The position numbers and the translations under genes are program-made. Positions 9,856 through 20,187 of a stretch of DNA of 64,000 bases are shown here, piece by piece (position 1 is the stretch's first letter; every line of letters begins with the position of its first letter). Origin of the DNA: Geopsychrobacteraceae bacterium (lineage in GTDB: Bacteria; Desulfobacterota; Desulfuromonadia; Desulfuromonadales; Geopsychrobacteraceae); assembly GCA_963676795.2 (NCBI GenBank), contig CAXXTB010000002.1, positions 768,001 to 832,000 of the forward strand, in the 5' to 3' direction. Below the pieces are notes generated by a model. The model did no database searches. It saw only the letters and a program-made list of their open reading frames with translations, and was not told where the DNA came from.

Positions 9856-10443
9856 TCATTGATGAAAAACAGGGGCGGCAATCAACTCATCCTGCAGCTT
9901 CCTTAGCGCATTCGCAGCGGCTGACCTCCCGGCCAGACCAAAATCTTTAAGAATTTCGCTGACCGGAATAAGATCTCCATCTGCCTGAACGGTACTGTTC
10001 CATACCTGCTGCTGAGTGTTGTCAGTTGCGATGCAGTTGATCGTTACCGTGAAATCGGTTGGCGGCCAGAAAAATGCATTTCTGGATGACGAGGTGGTCG
10101 TAATCGTCGTGGTGAAAATCCAAGTGATGTTTTTCTCGCGGATGAAGTCCATATCGTTGATATTTTCAATTCTGTAGGTCGCAGAAAAAACATTGGAGAG
10201 TACCAGGTTGAGTCCCGGTTCAAGGTCGGCATAGGGGGTGTATTTTACAGAATCTCCGCCTCCGGCCCGGGTTGTGACTTCCAATGCCCTGTTTTCAGCA
10301 GAAATGTAATAACCGACGGCTGTGTCAATCACGGGAGACGCAGGGCCTTTGGTTATAGAGGTCATTGTGGGGACAATATCAATCTTATGAGCGCAACCAC
10401 TGACCGACAAAATCAGCACAAGCAGGATAAATAGCTTCTTCAT
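9856..10443 (-). CDS. Lipoprotein, unknown function
   Basis: MKKLFILLVLILSVSGC lipobox. Confidence 0.75.
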   Translation of the reverse strand: MKKLFILLVLILSVSGCAHKIDIVPTMTSITKGPASPVIDTAVGYYISAENRALEVTTRAGGGDSVKYTPYADLEPGLNLVLSNVFSATYRIENINDMDFIREKNITWIFTTTITTTSSSRNAFFWPPTDFTVTINCIATDNTQQQVWNSTVQADGDLIPVSEILKDFGLAGRSAAANALRKLQDELIAAPVFHQ

Positions 10444-10588
10444 CTTTTTGATCTCACTGCAAGGGGGATTCGGGTTGATGCTGACGCACCAGGGGGAGCG
10501 ACTTTTCAATAATATCATAGTCTGTCATTCTGAACTCAAAGCATGAGTCAGACAGGACGAAACCCGCCGGGTTTCATTCTCTTTAAAG

Positions 10589-11476
10589 TTAAAAGCTATC
10601 TGCCTCTTTATCCGGCACCAGATTGAACCAATCCGGATAGCGCTTTGCTTCGAGCAACGCACTTTGAGCCTGGTCAATGATCCGTTCCCGATCCTTGGGA
10701 TAACTGCCGGCCAGATTGAGAATGTTCGAGACATGGTTGGAGCGCAGGATGGTGCGCTGTGGATTCAGGCATTCGACAATGGCCAGGGCTTCCTGCAGAA
10801 CCTCACCGTTGCTCAGTTGATTGATCATTTTGAAGTACTCATCGTTGTGTCGTCTGAACATGGTGAGCAGGGAAAAATAGGCGGGTGAGACCTGGTTGAC
10901 CCAGTCTGCGGTGAATCGGGCATGTTCGAGGGTTCTGCTGCGTCCGGCCAGTCCCAGGATGGCTGTGACCGAAAGTTTAAGCCCCGCCGCTTGCGCCCTG
11001 AGGCACTGATCGGCCATCGTTTCCGGTGCCGAGCCCTTATTGATCAGCCGCAGAGTCTGCGCATCCCCACTTTCAAGACCGAAGTAGAGGGTGCACATTT
11101 TGGCCTGGTGCAATTCGGTCAGTTGCTCGGTCGATTTGCCCATCAGACTGTTCGGTGAAGCGTAGGACGTGACCCGCTGAAGTTGCACAAAGGTCTCGTT
11201 AAGTTTCCGCAAAATCGTCAGCAGTTTCTGGTGCGGGTAGATCAGGGCATCACCGTCGGCGAGAAAGATGCGCCGGACAGAGCTGCGGATGCGCTGCGGA
11301 ATACTGTCGATCTCAGCAAAAATCTCAGTTAAGGGGCGCAGGCGGAACTTTTTTGTTTTGTACATACCACAGAAGTGGCAGCCGTTGTGAGAACAGCCGA
11401 TGGTGATCTGCAAGATCAGCGACTGTGCTTCAGATGGAGGCCGAAACAGTGGTTCGTCATAGTTGAAGAAATACAT
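10589..11476 (-). CDS. Radical SAM protein
   Basis: FRPPSEA...GCSHNGCHFC (CxxxCxxC), FLADGDAL, YFGLESG; start uncertain. Confidence 0.88.
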   Translation of the reverse strand: MYFFNYDEPLFRPPSEAQSLILQITIGCSHNGCHFCGMYKTKKFRLRPLTEIFAEIDSIPQRIRSSVRRIFLADGDALIYPHQKLLTILRKLNETFVQLQRVTSYASPNSLMGKSTEQLTELHQAKMCTLYFGLESGDAQTLRLINKGSAPETMADQCLRAQAAGLKLSVTAILGLAGRSRTLEHARFTADWVNQVSPAYFSLLTMFRRHNDEYFKMINQLSNGEVLQEALAIVECLNPQRTILRSNHVSNILNLAGSYPKDRERIIDQAQSALLEAKRYPDWFNLVPDKEADSF

Positions 11477-11683
11477 ATTCTGGATCATTTCTGGCTGATG
11501 AGCATGAATGTCGGATCTGGTATAGCCTATGTACACTTCAGACTCAATACCGATTGTTTTCCTGCCATTGAGGTGTTGAGCAGAGCGTGGAATGTTTTCT
11601 CCCCCTGCCGCAGATGGGGGCGTATCCGGCCGGGCAGGGCCCGCCGGATAGCGTGGCAATACAGCAGGTGAGTGTCTGTGCCG

Positions 11684-12163
11684 TTATGCTTGGCCGCAGG
11701 CATGGATTTTAACCATAACCGTACGCGCGACAGGTTGAGCAATCAGCAATTCGACAAACAGTGAGATAGAGAAATTGCGCGGCCATTTGTAGAAGAAATG
11801 TCTGATGGGTTCAAGCGTGATACTGCCGTTGCCAATCCATGTGCCGATCACGGTTAAACATACCGACATCAGTAAGACGGTACAGGCGATGTTAGCGAAC
11901 ATCTGAGCGCCGAAACTGTCATCCTCGGCGATCACCCTGCTGGTCAGAAACCGGGCCGGCTTGTGGGTCACGAAAACAAGGATCACAACGCTGATCCAGA
12001 TGGCGGGAATGATATGCAAAGCCAAACGCCAGCTATTGAGGTTGAAGCCCAGCTCAAAGCAGGTTATCAACGGGGCGATGATATTCACCGAGATGAGCGA
12101 GATCACGCCCAGAAAAACGATGAATTCTTTTTGATTTCTCGGCAGCTTCATGTGGAATTCCAT
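11684..12163 (-). CDS. Four-TM membrane protein (DUF2798-like)
   Basis: KLPRNQKE start, hydrophobic helices, WPRNF...LIAQPVAR. Confidence 0.7.
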   Translation of the reverse strand: MEFHMKLPRNQKEFIVFLGVISLISVNIIAPLITCFELGFNLNSWRLALHIIPAIWISVVILVFVTHKPARFLTSRVIAEDDSFGAQMFANIACTVLLMSVCLTVIGTWIGNGSITLEPIRHFFYKWPRNFSISLFVELLIAQPVARTVMVKIHACGQA

Positions 12164-12184
12164 AAAAATCTCCTTTTGAAAATG

Positions 12185-12222
12185 AAAAAAAAAAAGCACG
12201 AGCCCCTATGGGAACTCGTGCT
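12185..12222 (-). terminator. Terminator-like hairpin in the leader of the DUF2798-like gene (candidate attenuator)
   Basis: Minus strand agcacgagttcc-cata-ggggctcgtgct followed by a long T-run, just upstream of the RBS. Confidence 0.65.
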
Positions 12223-12547
12223 GAACAATTATACGCGCGAATTTGTATGTTTTATATTTTGTCGGATAGTATCAAAAAAGAATTTCCGAGTAAATATGGA
12301 GAATATCAAGCCGTTCTTTTTCTGTCGCCCCCAAGGTCGTTCCTCTGGCAGGAAAAGAGACGCTGACCTGGTCCGGCGGGGCTGAGGCTCAAGGGTAACG
12401 CCACGGGCTGATATTTTCGTTGCCGACCCCGGGTCTGTTTGTGCTATAGCCAATGCGGAGTGGTGAACTGATTGATCTTACACTGCACAGACGATAAAAT
12501 TCACCATAAGATTCCCCGGGGACGGGGTAGCAAAACGAAAGGGCCTC

Positions 12548-13615
12548 ATGAGTTATCGGATAGCTATAAACGGTTATGGGCGTATCGGCCAGAGTGTTTT
12601 GCGGGCCTGGTATCGCAACCCATTGTACCAGGATCTGACTGTGGTGGTGATCAATGACCTGGCGGATCTCGAAACCTTAACCTATCTGACCCAGTATGAT
12701 ACGACCCACGGGCGTTTTCCGGCTGAGGTGAGCAATGACGGCAAACAGCTGTTGATCGATGACAACAGGCTGCAGGCCTTCAGCGAAAGGACGGTTGAAG
12801 AACTGCCCTGGGGGGAGTTGGGAGTCGATCTGGTTCTGGAGTGCAGCGGTGGTCTTGCGGATCGTGATGCGGCTGAACGTCACCTCTATGCCGGGGCGAA
12901 GAAGGTCCTCTACTCTCAGCCTGCCGCCGACGATGTCGATGCGACGATTGTCTACGGCTTCAACCATCAGCAGCTTAAGCCGACCGACCGCGTTGTTTCG
13001 AATGCCTCATGTACCACCAACTGCATCGTTCCGGTGTTAGACCTGCTTGATCGCGAATTTGGTATCATCAGCGGCGTGACGACGACGATCCATTCGGCGA
13101 TGAACGATCAGCCGGTCATTGACCATTTTCATCAGAGCGACCTGCGTCTGACCCGAAGTGCCATGCATTCGGTCATTCCGGTCAAGACCGGGCTGGCCAA
13201 GGGGATTGCCAAGTTTCTTCCTCATCTCAATGGCAAGATGGAATGCCTTCACCTGCGGGTGCCGACCATCAATGTTTCGCTGATGGACATGGCCATCCAT
13301 GTTGAAAAGCAGGTCGACGTGGCAAGTGTCAACAGCCTGTTTGAGACAGCTGCTGTCGGAGGGTTGCAGGGGCAGGTCGGATACAGCGAGCAACCCCATG
13401 CCTCGGTTGATTTCAATTCCGATTCCCGTTCGGCGATCATCGACGGTACCCAGACGCGGGTCAGCAACGGCAATCTGATCAAGATGATGGTCTGGTTTGA
13501 TAATGAATGGAGCTACGCCTGTCGTATGCTCGATGTTGCCGGCTACTGGCTGGCATTGAAGAACGGTAGGCCAGGAGAATCAATGGACAGGGGCTGCGTC
13601 TGCTCCTTGGTATGA
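12548..13615 (+). CDS. epd: Erythrose-4-phosphate dehydrogenase (GAPDH family)
   Basis: INGYGRIG, SNASCTTNC, IHSAMNDQ (Epd-type), WFDNEW. Confidence 0.8.
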   Translation: MSYRIAINGYGRIGQSVLRAWYRNPLYQDLTVVVINDLADLETLTYLTQYDTTHGRFPAEVSNDGKQLLIDDNRLQAFSERTVEELPWGELGVDLVLECSGGLADRDAAERHLYAGAKKVLYSQPAADDVDATIVYGFNHQQLKPTDRVVSNASCTTNCIVPVLDLLDREFGIISGVTTTIHSAMNDQPVIDHFHQSDLRLTRSAMHSVIPVKTGLAKGIAKFLPHLNGKMECLHLRVPTINVSLMDMAIHVEKQVDVASVNSLFETAAVGGLQGQVGYSEQPHASVDFNSDSRSAIIDGTQTRVSNGNLIKMMVWFDNEWSYACRMLDVAGYWLALKNGRPGESMDRGCVCSLV

Positions 13616-13666
13616 CGACCGGCGCGGAGAAAAATAGTTTGGTACAAACACTAGAGGAGACAGCCC

Positions 13667-13864
13667 ATGGATAACCAGAAAAGCGCAGAACTGATCGACA
13701 AGTTGCTTGATACCTGCCGCAGCGCCAAAGACCTGCAGTCCGCTCAGGCCGCCGCGCCGGCCGCTGCAGCGCTGCTTCATCAGATCGTCCAGCAGCAATC
13801 TGCGGCCCCGTACGAGTTACTCGATTTTCTCCAGCAGGAACTGGCGGAGATGCTGGGCTTCTGA
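13667..13864 (+). CDS. Small hypothetical protein
   Basis: GAGGAG RBS, 65 aa with helical character. Confidence 0.6.
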   Translation: MDNQKSAELIDKLLDTCRSAKDLQSAQAAAPAAAALLHQIVQQQSAAPYELLDFLQQELAEMLGF

Positions 13865-14127
13865 CCCGGATATTCCCGGTTGATCGATCCGCTCCATGGC
13901 GTTCCGCTGGTTTTTTTTGACCTTTTGACTCTACGGGGGCAGGTACAAAACGCCAGCATTTCAATTTCCCGGGTCTGGAGCCTGTCATAGCCCAATCTAA
14001 AGCTTTTCCGGTTAGGGCGCTTCTTGATCCTCTGGAAATGCCCTGTTTGAGATTTTCAGCTGACGACAGTTGCAAATCAAAACAAATTAAGTTATATATA
14101 TGAAAAGGTGAATACATGGAGGTCAAA

Positions 14128-14670
14128 ATGAACTTGTCAATCTTTTCAAGGCGCTGGAACCCTTATCTGGCCGGGGCTCTGGTCGGTATTCTCGCAGTTC
14201 TTTCCGTTGTCGTTACGACACTGGTTCTTGACAAGCCCAAGTATCTCGGTGCGTCAACCACCTTTGTCCGTGCCGTCGGTTATGTTGAAGGTGCCGTAGC
14301 AGAGGAGCATGTCGCTCAGAACACCTATTTCACCAACACAAAAATCAAGGCCGACTGGCAGATGTTGTTTGTTGGCGGCATTTTCATTGGTGCCTTCGCC
14401 GCGGCGAGACTTGGCAAAAGCAGCAAGTTTGAGACCGTTCCCCCGATCTGGGAAAAACGCTTCGGCTCAAGTGCAACCGTCCGTGCCGTTGGAGCCTTTC
14501 TTGGCGGCGTTGTCCTGATGTTCGGTGCCCGTCTGGCCGGGGGCTGTCCGAGCGGCCATGGTCTTTCCGGGAATATGCAGCTGGCGGTCAGTGGCCTGCT
14601 GGCGCTGGTCTTCTTCATCGTTGGCGGCATTCTTATGGCGCGCCTTGTTTATGGCAAAGGAGGTCAGTGA
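14128..14670 (+). CDS. YeeE/YedE thiosulfate/sulfur transporter family
   Basis: WNPYLAG, GARLAGGCPSGHGLSG. Confidence 0.88.
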   Translation: MNLSIFSRRWNPYLAGALVGILAVLSVVVTTLVLDKPKYLGASTTFVRAVGYVEGAVAEEHVAQNTYFTNTKIKADWQMLFVGGIFIGAFAAARLGKSSKFETVPPIWEKRFGSSATVRAVGAFLGGVVLMFGARLAGGCPSGHGLSGNMQLAVSGLLALVFFIVGGILMARLVYGKGGQ

Positions 14671-15194
14671 TGGAACAGTTCATTGGTTTGATTACCGGGA
14701 TTCTGTTTGGTTTCTTTTTGCAGAAGGGTGAAGTCCTGCGCTTTGAAAAGCAGGTTGGTTTTATGCTGCTCAAGGATATGACAATCATCAAATTCATGTT
14801 CTCAGCGGTTCTGGTCGGTATGGTCGGCATCTATGCCTTCTCGGCTGCCGGAATCATCAGTCTGAGTCTGAAAACCACCAACGTGGCGGCTATTGTTGTG
14901 GGCGGGTTGTTGTTCGGTATCGGCTGGGCCGTAGCGGGGTACTGCCCCGGAACCTCCATCGGGGCTTTAGCGGAAGGACGTATCCATGCGATCTGGGCTA
15001 TCCTCGGCATGCTGGTCGGCGCCGGAATCTACGCCGAAGCCTATCCTGCGCTGAAAACCAGCCTGCTTGCCTGGGGGAACTACGGCAAGATAACCCTTCC
15101 TCAGTTGCTGGGGATTTCTCCCTGGCCGGTGATTGTGGTCTTTATTCTGGTCGGCCTGGGGCTGTTTTACTGGTTTGAGAAGAAAAAGCTCTAA
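14667..15194 (+). CDS. YeeE/YedE family protein (second subunit)
   Basis: GILFGFFLQKG, GGLLFGIGWAVAGYCPGT. Confidence 0.88.
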   Translation: MMEQFIGLITGILFGFFLQKGEVLRFEKQVGFMLLKDMTIIKFMFSAVLVGMVGIYAFSAAGIISLSLKTTNVAAIVVGGLLFGIGWAVAGYCPGTSIGALAEGRIHAIWAILGMLVGAGIYAEAYPALKTSLLAWGNYGKITLPQLLGISPWPVIVVFILVGLGLFYWFEKKKL

Positions 15195-15475
15195 GCGATA
15201 TGAAAAGAGCGGGACAAGCCTCGCCCTGATATGAAAAGAATCACATCCTGAGCTGGTAGTGCCGGCCGTTACGACGGTCGTACTACCAGCTGTCTTTTAG
15301 ATCAACACGTCGTCCGACAGGGCAGGGTCCTCTGTATTGTAACAATTGCGGCTTCTTCAGTATCTTTCATGTCGTTTTCGCAAAAACTTTTGTAAGTGAG
15401 TTATCTCTGGTAAATTATTATAAAGGTCAACCGTTTAAAGGCCATTATTTCTATCTCAATGACAGGTATTGAGCT

Positions 15476-17791
15476 ATGCATGAGGTCCCGCCTCAAGACA
15501 ATCCTTCCTGTGAGCCTGTTTCAACAATTTCACTGACGGCCTGGCGTCGTGTTTGTGACACACTTGATTGTGCTTTTCTGCTTCTTGTCCCTGATGACAG
15601 CCAGATTATTGAATGCAATCGGGCTGCTCATCACTTGTTCGGTTATGGCAAGGCTGAATTTTTGCGATTCAAGTTGAGTGATCTTGGCGATGAGCTGAAG
15701 AATTCTTTTCTGCCTGAGGAATTTCGCTCCACAGTCCAGTGCCGCTGTCGGATAAAGAACGGCAAATCTTTCTGGGGGGAGATTATTCTGCAGAAAATCG
15801 ATTTGGACGGAGTTCAATTCCTGCTTGCAGAAATCAAAGATCTCAGTAGGAAAAAACAGCTTGAGGCAAAGTTGAAACGCAGCGAGGAGTTGTCCAGGGT
15901 CATTCAGCGCCTCAATAAGATCGGTTCCTGGGAGTATGAGATAGCGGCAAACAAAACCTTTTGGACCGAAGAAATGTACCGTATTCACGATCTGGAGCCG
16001 TGTTCATCCTTTCGGGATGCCGATACCGTCATAGCCGAAACCCTGGCTCTTTACCGTCCGGAAGACATGCCCCTGGTTGCTGCTCTTTTCAGTAAATGCG
16101 TTGAAGAGGGAGTTCCGTATATTGTCGAAGCGCGCATGAATACTCTTGCTGGACATCTGAAATGGGTTGAGACCCGAGGCGAGCGCATTATCGACGACAA
16201 AGGTGAATATAAAGTCGTTGGTTACATGAGGGATATCACCGAGAACAAGCAGCAAGAGGAGATCATCCGCAAGGGGGAAGAAAAATACAAGACAATTCTG
16301 CAGACTGCAATCGACGGCTTTTGGATCACCGATCTGGAGGGGCGACTGCTGGAGGTGAATGATGGCTATTGCCGGATGAGTGGATATTCCGAAGCAGAGC
16401 TTCTGACGATGAATGTTGCACAGCTGGAGGGAACTCTCGATTCAGCGCAGATTGCCGAAAAAATCGATCTGCTCATGCTCGAAGGCGCTATCCGTTTTGA
16501 AACCATGCACAGACGCAAGGATGGCAGTCTCTATGATGTCGAGGTCAGCGCCAAGCCTCTGGATTTTCATGGGAACAAACTTTTTGCCATGTTGCGTGAC
16601 ATCAGTGCGCAGAAAGAAGCTGAAAAAGAGAACAGGAGCCTGCAGGCGCAGTTGCTTCAGGCGCAGAAAATGGAGGCGGTCGGGCGTCTGGCAGGGGGCG
16701 TAGCTCACGATTTCAACAATATGCTCGGTGTCATTCTCGGTCAGGCGGAACTTGCGTTACTGCAGACATCGCCAGAACAACCTCTGGCTCATAAACTGCT
16801 CGAAATCATAAAAGCCTCTGAGCGCTCCGTGGATATTGCCAGACAGCTCCTTGCCTTTGCCAGTCAGCAGCCGATCGAGCCGAAACGCCTCGATCTCAAC
16901 GAGGTTGTTAGCAACACCCTCAAAATGGTCCGCCGTCTTATCGGTGAGGACATCGCCCTGATTTGGACCCCGGGTCAGGAACTCTGCCCGATAAAAATGG
17001 ACCCGGCCCAGCTTGACCAGATTTTCATCAACCTTTGCGTCAATGCCAGAGATGCCGTAGGTGATCAGGCCCGGATCGTCATTGAGACCGATGTGGTCTA
17101 TTTTTCTGAAGAGGACTGTAAAAACAACATTGGTTGCGTTCCCGGCGAGTTTGCCCTGTTGTCAGTGAGCGACAACGGTTGCGGAATGGATAAAAAGACT
17201 CTGGAAAATATCTTCGAACCCTTCTTTACAACCAAGGGTCCCGGAAAGGGGACCGGATTAGGCCTGGCGACCGTGTATGGCATCGTCAAGCAGAACTCTG
17301 GCTTTATCAATGTTTTCAGCGAACCGGGCAAAGGCACGACATTTCGTATTTACCTGCCGTCCGATCGTGGTGCGTTGAAGCTGGAGGGTGACAATAAAGC
17401 AGTGCCAGTTGCTTCGCGAGAGCAGGAAACAGTACTCTTGGTCGAAGATGAGCCAACACTGCTGAATATGGCACAGCAGATGATTGAAAGTCTGGGCTAC
17501 AGGGTTCTGGCCGCTAATTCTCCCGGGCAGGCCCAGACCATAGCCCGCGAATACGCCGACCAGATAGACCTGCTTGTCACCGATGTGATTATGCCGGGAA
17601 TGACCGGTCTGGAGCTTGTGAGAGCCATGGAGCCGCTTTACCCGAAGCTTAAATACCTGTTTATGTCCGGCTATACGGCGGATATTATCGCTCCGCATGG
17701 GATTCTTGTTGAGGGGATTCACTATATCCAGAAACCATTCACCCGACACGACCTGTCCGTCAAGCTGCGGGAGGCATTGGCTGCAGAATAA
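15476..17791 (+). CDS. PAS-domain hybrid sensor histidine kinase/response regulator
   Basis: Three PAS domains, GGVAHDFNN H-box, NLCVNARDA, FFTTK..GKGTGLGL, receiver LLVEDE/LLVTDVIMP. Confidence 0.93.
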   Translation: MHEVPPQDNPSCEPVSTISLTAWRRVCDTLDCAFLLLVPDDSQIIECNRAAHHLFGYGKAEFLRFKLSDLGDELKNSFLPEEFRSTVQCRCRIKNGKSFWGEIILQKIDLDGVQFLLAEIKDLSRKKQLEAKLKRSEELSRVIQRLNKIGSWEYEIAANKTFWTEEMYRIHDLEPCSSFRDADTVIAETLALYRPEDMPLVAALFSKCVEEGVPYIVEARMNTLAGHLKWVETRGERIIDDKGEYKVVGYMRDITENKQQEEIIRKGEEKYKTILQTAIDGFWITDLEGRLLEVNDGYCRMSGYSEAELLTMNVAQLEGTLDSAQIAEKIDLLMLEGAIRFETMHRRKDGSLYDVEVSAKPLDFHGNKLFAMLRDISAQKEAEKENRSLQAQLLQAQKMEAVGRLAGGVAHDFNNMLGVILGQAELALLQTSPEQPLAHKLLEIIKASERSVDIARQLLAFASQQPIEPKRLDLNEVVSNTLKMVRRLIGEDIALIWTPGQELCPIKMDPAQLDQIFINLCVNARDAVGDQARIVIETDVVYFSEEDCKNNIGCVPGEFALLSVSDNGCGMDKKTLENIFEPFFTTKGPGKGTGLGLATVYGIVKQNSGFINVFSEPGKGTTFRIYLPSDRGALKLEGDNKAVPVASREQETVLLVEDEPTLLNMAQQMIESLGYRVLAANSPGQAQTIAREYADQIDLLVTDVIMPGMTGLELVRAMEPLYPKLKYLFMSGYTADIIAPHGILVEGIHYIQKPFTRHDLSVKLREALAAE

Positions 17792-17996
17792 CTGCCCTTT
17801 CTAGCAAATTGATTTTGGACTATTGATAACCGGGAATGTTCTCAGGTTCAGTTCCGGAGAGATTATTGTGAGCTTCGCAGAAATGATTTCCCTGGATTTA
17901 ATCTCTTAAGCCTTGGACAATCATAGTTTTTGATGTAGATAGGCTAGAGTTGTTAATTGATGATTGAGTATCATTTGTATTACTTCAGGGAATTAA

Positions 17997-19544
17997 ATGC
18001 ACGATAAAGTCAATGAACTGATTGCCCGGATGCAGAAGCAGAACAGTTTTCCGGCAATTTCTCATTCTATTGCTGAAATCAATGCCAAAGCCTCGGCCAC
18101 GAGCAACTCGTCGGTTGAGGAGCTGGCCGATATCATACTCAAAGACTTTTCACTGACCGGAAAGTTGCTGAAAGTCGCCAATTCCGCCATGTACGGCCAG
18201 TTTGCCGGGACGATTGGTACAGTTTCCCGAGCGATTGTCGTTCTGGGGTTCGAGCAGGTGAGGTTGACAGCTGCCGGTCTGATGTTTTTTGAGTCCCTGC
18301 AGGGAGATATCTCAACCTACTACATCAAGAAAGGGGTTGTTGCCAGTATCTTTAGTGGCATCATCGCGCGTGATCTGGCCAAGAAGGTTCGGCTCAGGGA
18401 TTGGGAAAATTATTACATCGGCGCCATGTTTCACAATTTTGGCCAACTCATATCCATTCATTACTTTCCTGATGAGTTTTCCGCTTACCGTAAATTGCTT
18501 GCCGAAGGAGTCAACGACAACCTGGCTGCCCATAAAGCGTTTGGGGTGTCCTTTGCGGACTTCGGTATCGGATTGGCCAAATTCTGGGGACTGCCTAAGC
18601 ATATCATTGACAGCATGAAACACCCCGGTGCTGCTCAGCTGAAGACGGATATTCAAAACAAGAACCATCAGCAACTTCTGCCGATGTTTGCCAATGAAAT
18701 ATGCGCCGTTGCCATGACTGCAACATCCGATGGGATCGAGGTGAAATTAGCCCCGGTTCTGAAGAAGTTTGAGAAGATCTATCCCGTCAAGCCGGATTAT
18801 GTTTTGCAGATTGTCGAAAAAGCAATCGATGAGATGAAAGAGTTCTCAGATGTTTTACGCTTTTCCCCTGAGGATATTATCAGCCTGGAGCGCCATCATC
18901 CCGATGGTGAGGGTACTGCTCAGAAGTTGCATGAAGAAAGCCCTTCCGCACGGCTGAATTCGTTGCTCGACAGCTGTGGGATGAATGATGAGGATCAGGC
19001 ACCAGCTGCGAACCTGGTGGAAGACCGAAAACGCTGTCTGCAACAGGGCATTCAGGATGTCGGTCATCTTATCCTTGACGAATTCAACCTTGATACGGTT
19101 CTCGGAAAGATCCTTGAGACCATATATCGCGGCATCGGCTTCGACAAGGTTGTCATTTTTATAAAAGATCTGAAAACCGGTCGCTTTCAGGCGCGTTATG
19201 CCCTGGGGCAGAACTCTGCTCAGATCGGGAACCAGCTCAGTTTTGCCGCGGATAATGATTCGATCGATTTTTTCAGCAGGGCTCTGTTGGAGAACCGGGA
19301 TCTTTACATCAAAAATATTTCAGAGCATGGTCTGAAAGAGATGAAACCCACCTGGTTCGATACCGGGGTTTTCTCTACGGCATTTGTCCTGCTGCCAATT
19401 GTAGTCAACAAGGTTGAAATCGGTCTGATTTATGCCGGATATAATGATCCGGAAGATCCATTGACACCTGAGCAGCTCGTGTCCTTGAAAAACCTGCGCA
19501 ATCAAGCGGCCTTGGCGATCAAGCAGGTCTCCTTTCGAAAATGA
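17997..19544 (+). CDS. HDOD-domain protein with C-terminal GAF-like domain
   Basis: ILKDFSLTGKLLKVANSAMY...TVSRAIVVLG, FHNFG, AKFWGLP. Confidence 0.85.
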   Translation: MHDKVNELIARMQKQNSFPAISHSIAEINAKASATSNSSVEELADIILKDFSLTGKLLKVANSAMYGQFAGTIGTVSRAIVVLGFEQVRLTAAGLMFFESLQGDISTYYIKKGVVASIFSGIIARDLAKKVRLRDWENYYIGAMFHNFGQLISIHYFPDEFSAYRKLLAEGVNDNLAAHKAFGVSFADFGIGLAKFWGLPKHIIDSMKHPGAAQLKTDIQNKNHQQLLPMFANEICAVAMTATSDGIEVKLAPVLKKFEKIYPVKPDYVLQIVEKAIDEMKEFSDVLRFSPEDIISLERHHPDGEGTAQKLHEESPSARLNSLLDSCGMNDEDQAPAANLVEDRKRCLQQGIQDVGHLILDEFNLDTVLGKILETIYRGIGFDKVVIFIKDLKTGRFQARYALGQNSAQIGNQLSFAADNDSIDFFSRALLENRDLYIKNISEHGLKEMKPTWFDTGVFSTAFVLLPIVVNKVEIGLIYAGYNDPEDPLTPEQLVSLKNLRNQAALAIKQVSFRK

Positions 19545-19611
19545 CCGGGTGGTACAGGAATGGCCTTGTTGCTGGTCTTTTCATGCTCCGTATGGGCTGA
19601 GCGTCCCTCTC

Positions 19612-20103
19612 ATGAAAAATATTCTTTCACCGTTGTCGATTCCCCGTATTGAAATGAGAGCCCTCGAAGCGGCTGCCATCGCACCAATTATTCAAGCGGT
19701 TGCCGAGCGGATCGGCAAGGCTGAGGCGCTTGCTCTGCTCCAGGAGATCAACGAAAAGGCCGCCTTTCGCCATGGTCTGCAGCTGGGGCAGCAGCTTGGT
19801 CAGGTCGGCGTTGCTGAACTGGTCAGCGAGGTCGCAAGCTGGTGTGAAGGGAACGATATGCAGATTGAAGTTCTCGAACAGAGCGAGACGACCTATCATT
19901 TCAATGTGACCCGTTGTCCTTACTTTGAAAAATACCGCGAAATGGGCCTGCTCGAATATGGTCAGGCTCTCTCCTGCTGCCGCGATGAAGCCTTTGGCCG
20001 TGGTTTTTCCGCAGACCTGAAGCTGGTGCGCACGCAGACTATTATGGAGGGGGCCGATTACTGTGACTTCCGTTACCGCTTCAGCTCCGTTTCTGATGAA
20101 TGA
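19612..20103 (+). CDS. ATC-hydrolase-like (L-2-amino-thiazoline-4-carboxylate hydrolase family) protein
   Basis: FNVTRCPY...CCRD...RTQTIMEGADYCDFRY. Confidence 0.8.
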   Translation: MKNILSPLSIPRIEMRALEAAAIAPIIQAVAERIGKAEALALLQEINEKAAFRHGLQLGQQLGQVGVAELVSEVASWCEGNDMQIEVLEQSETTYHFNVTRCPYFEKYREMGLLEYGQALSCCRDEAFGRGFSADLKLVRTQTIMEGADYCDFRYRFSSVSDE

Positions 20104-20187
20104 TGGCGAACTGGAGAGGGGGGACTCACTCCTGTTACTGACGTTTGAAGAACAGACCTCGCTGAGACGCGAGCCTAGCCATTATGG

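Noticed and set aside
15250..15292. Long hairpin after the YeeE/YedE pair as an ncRNA
   Set aside because: Position and the following T-rich tract are explained by an ordinary terminator.
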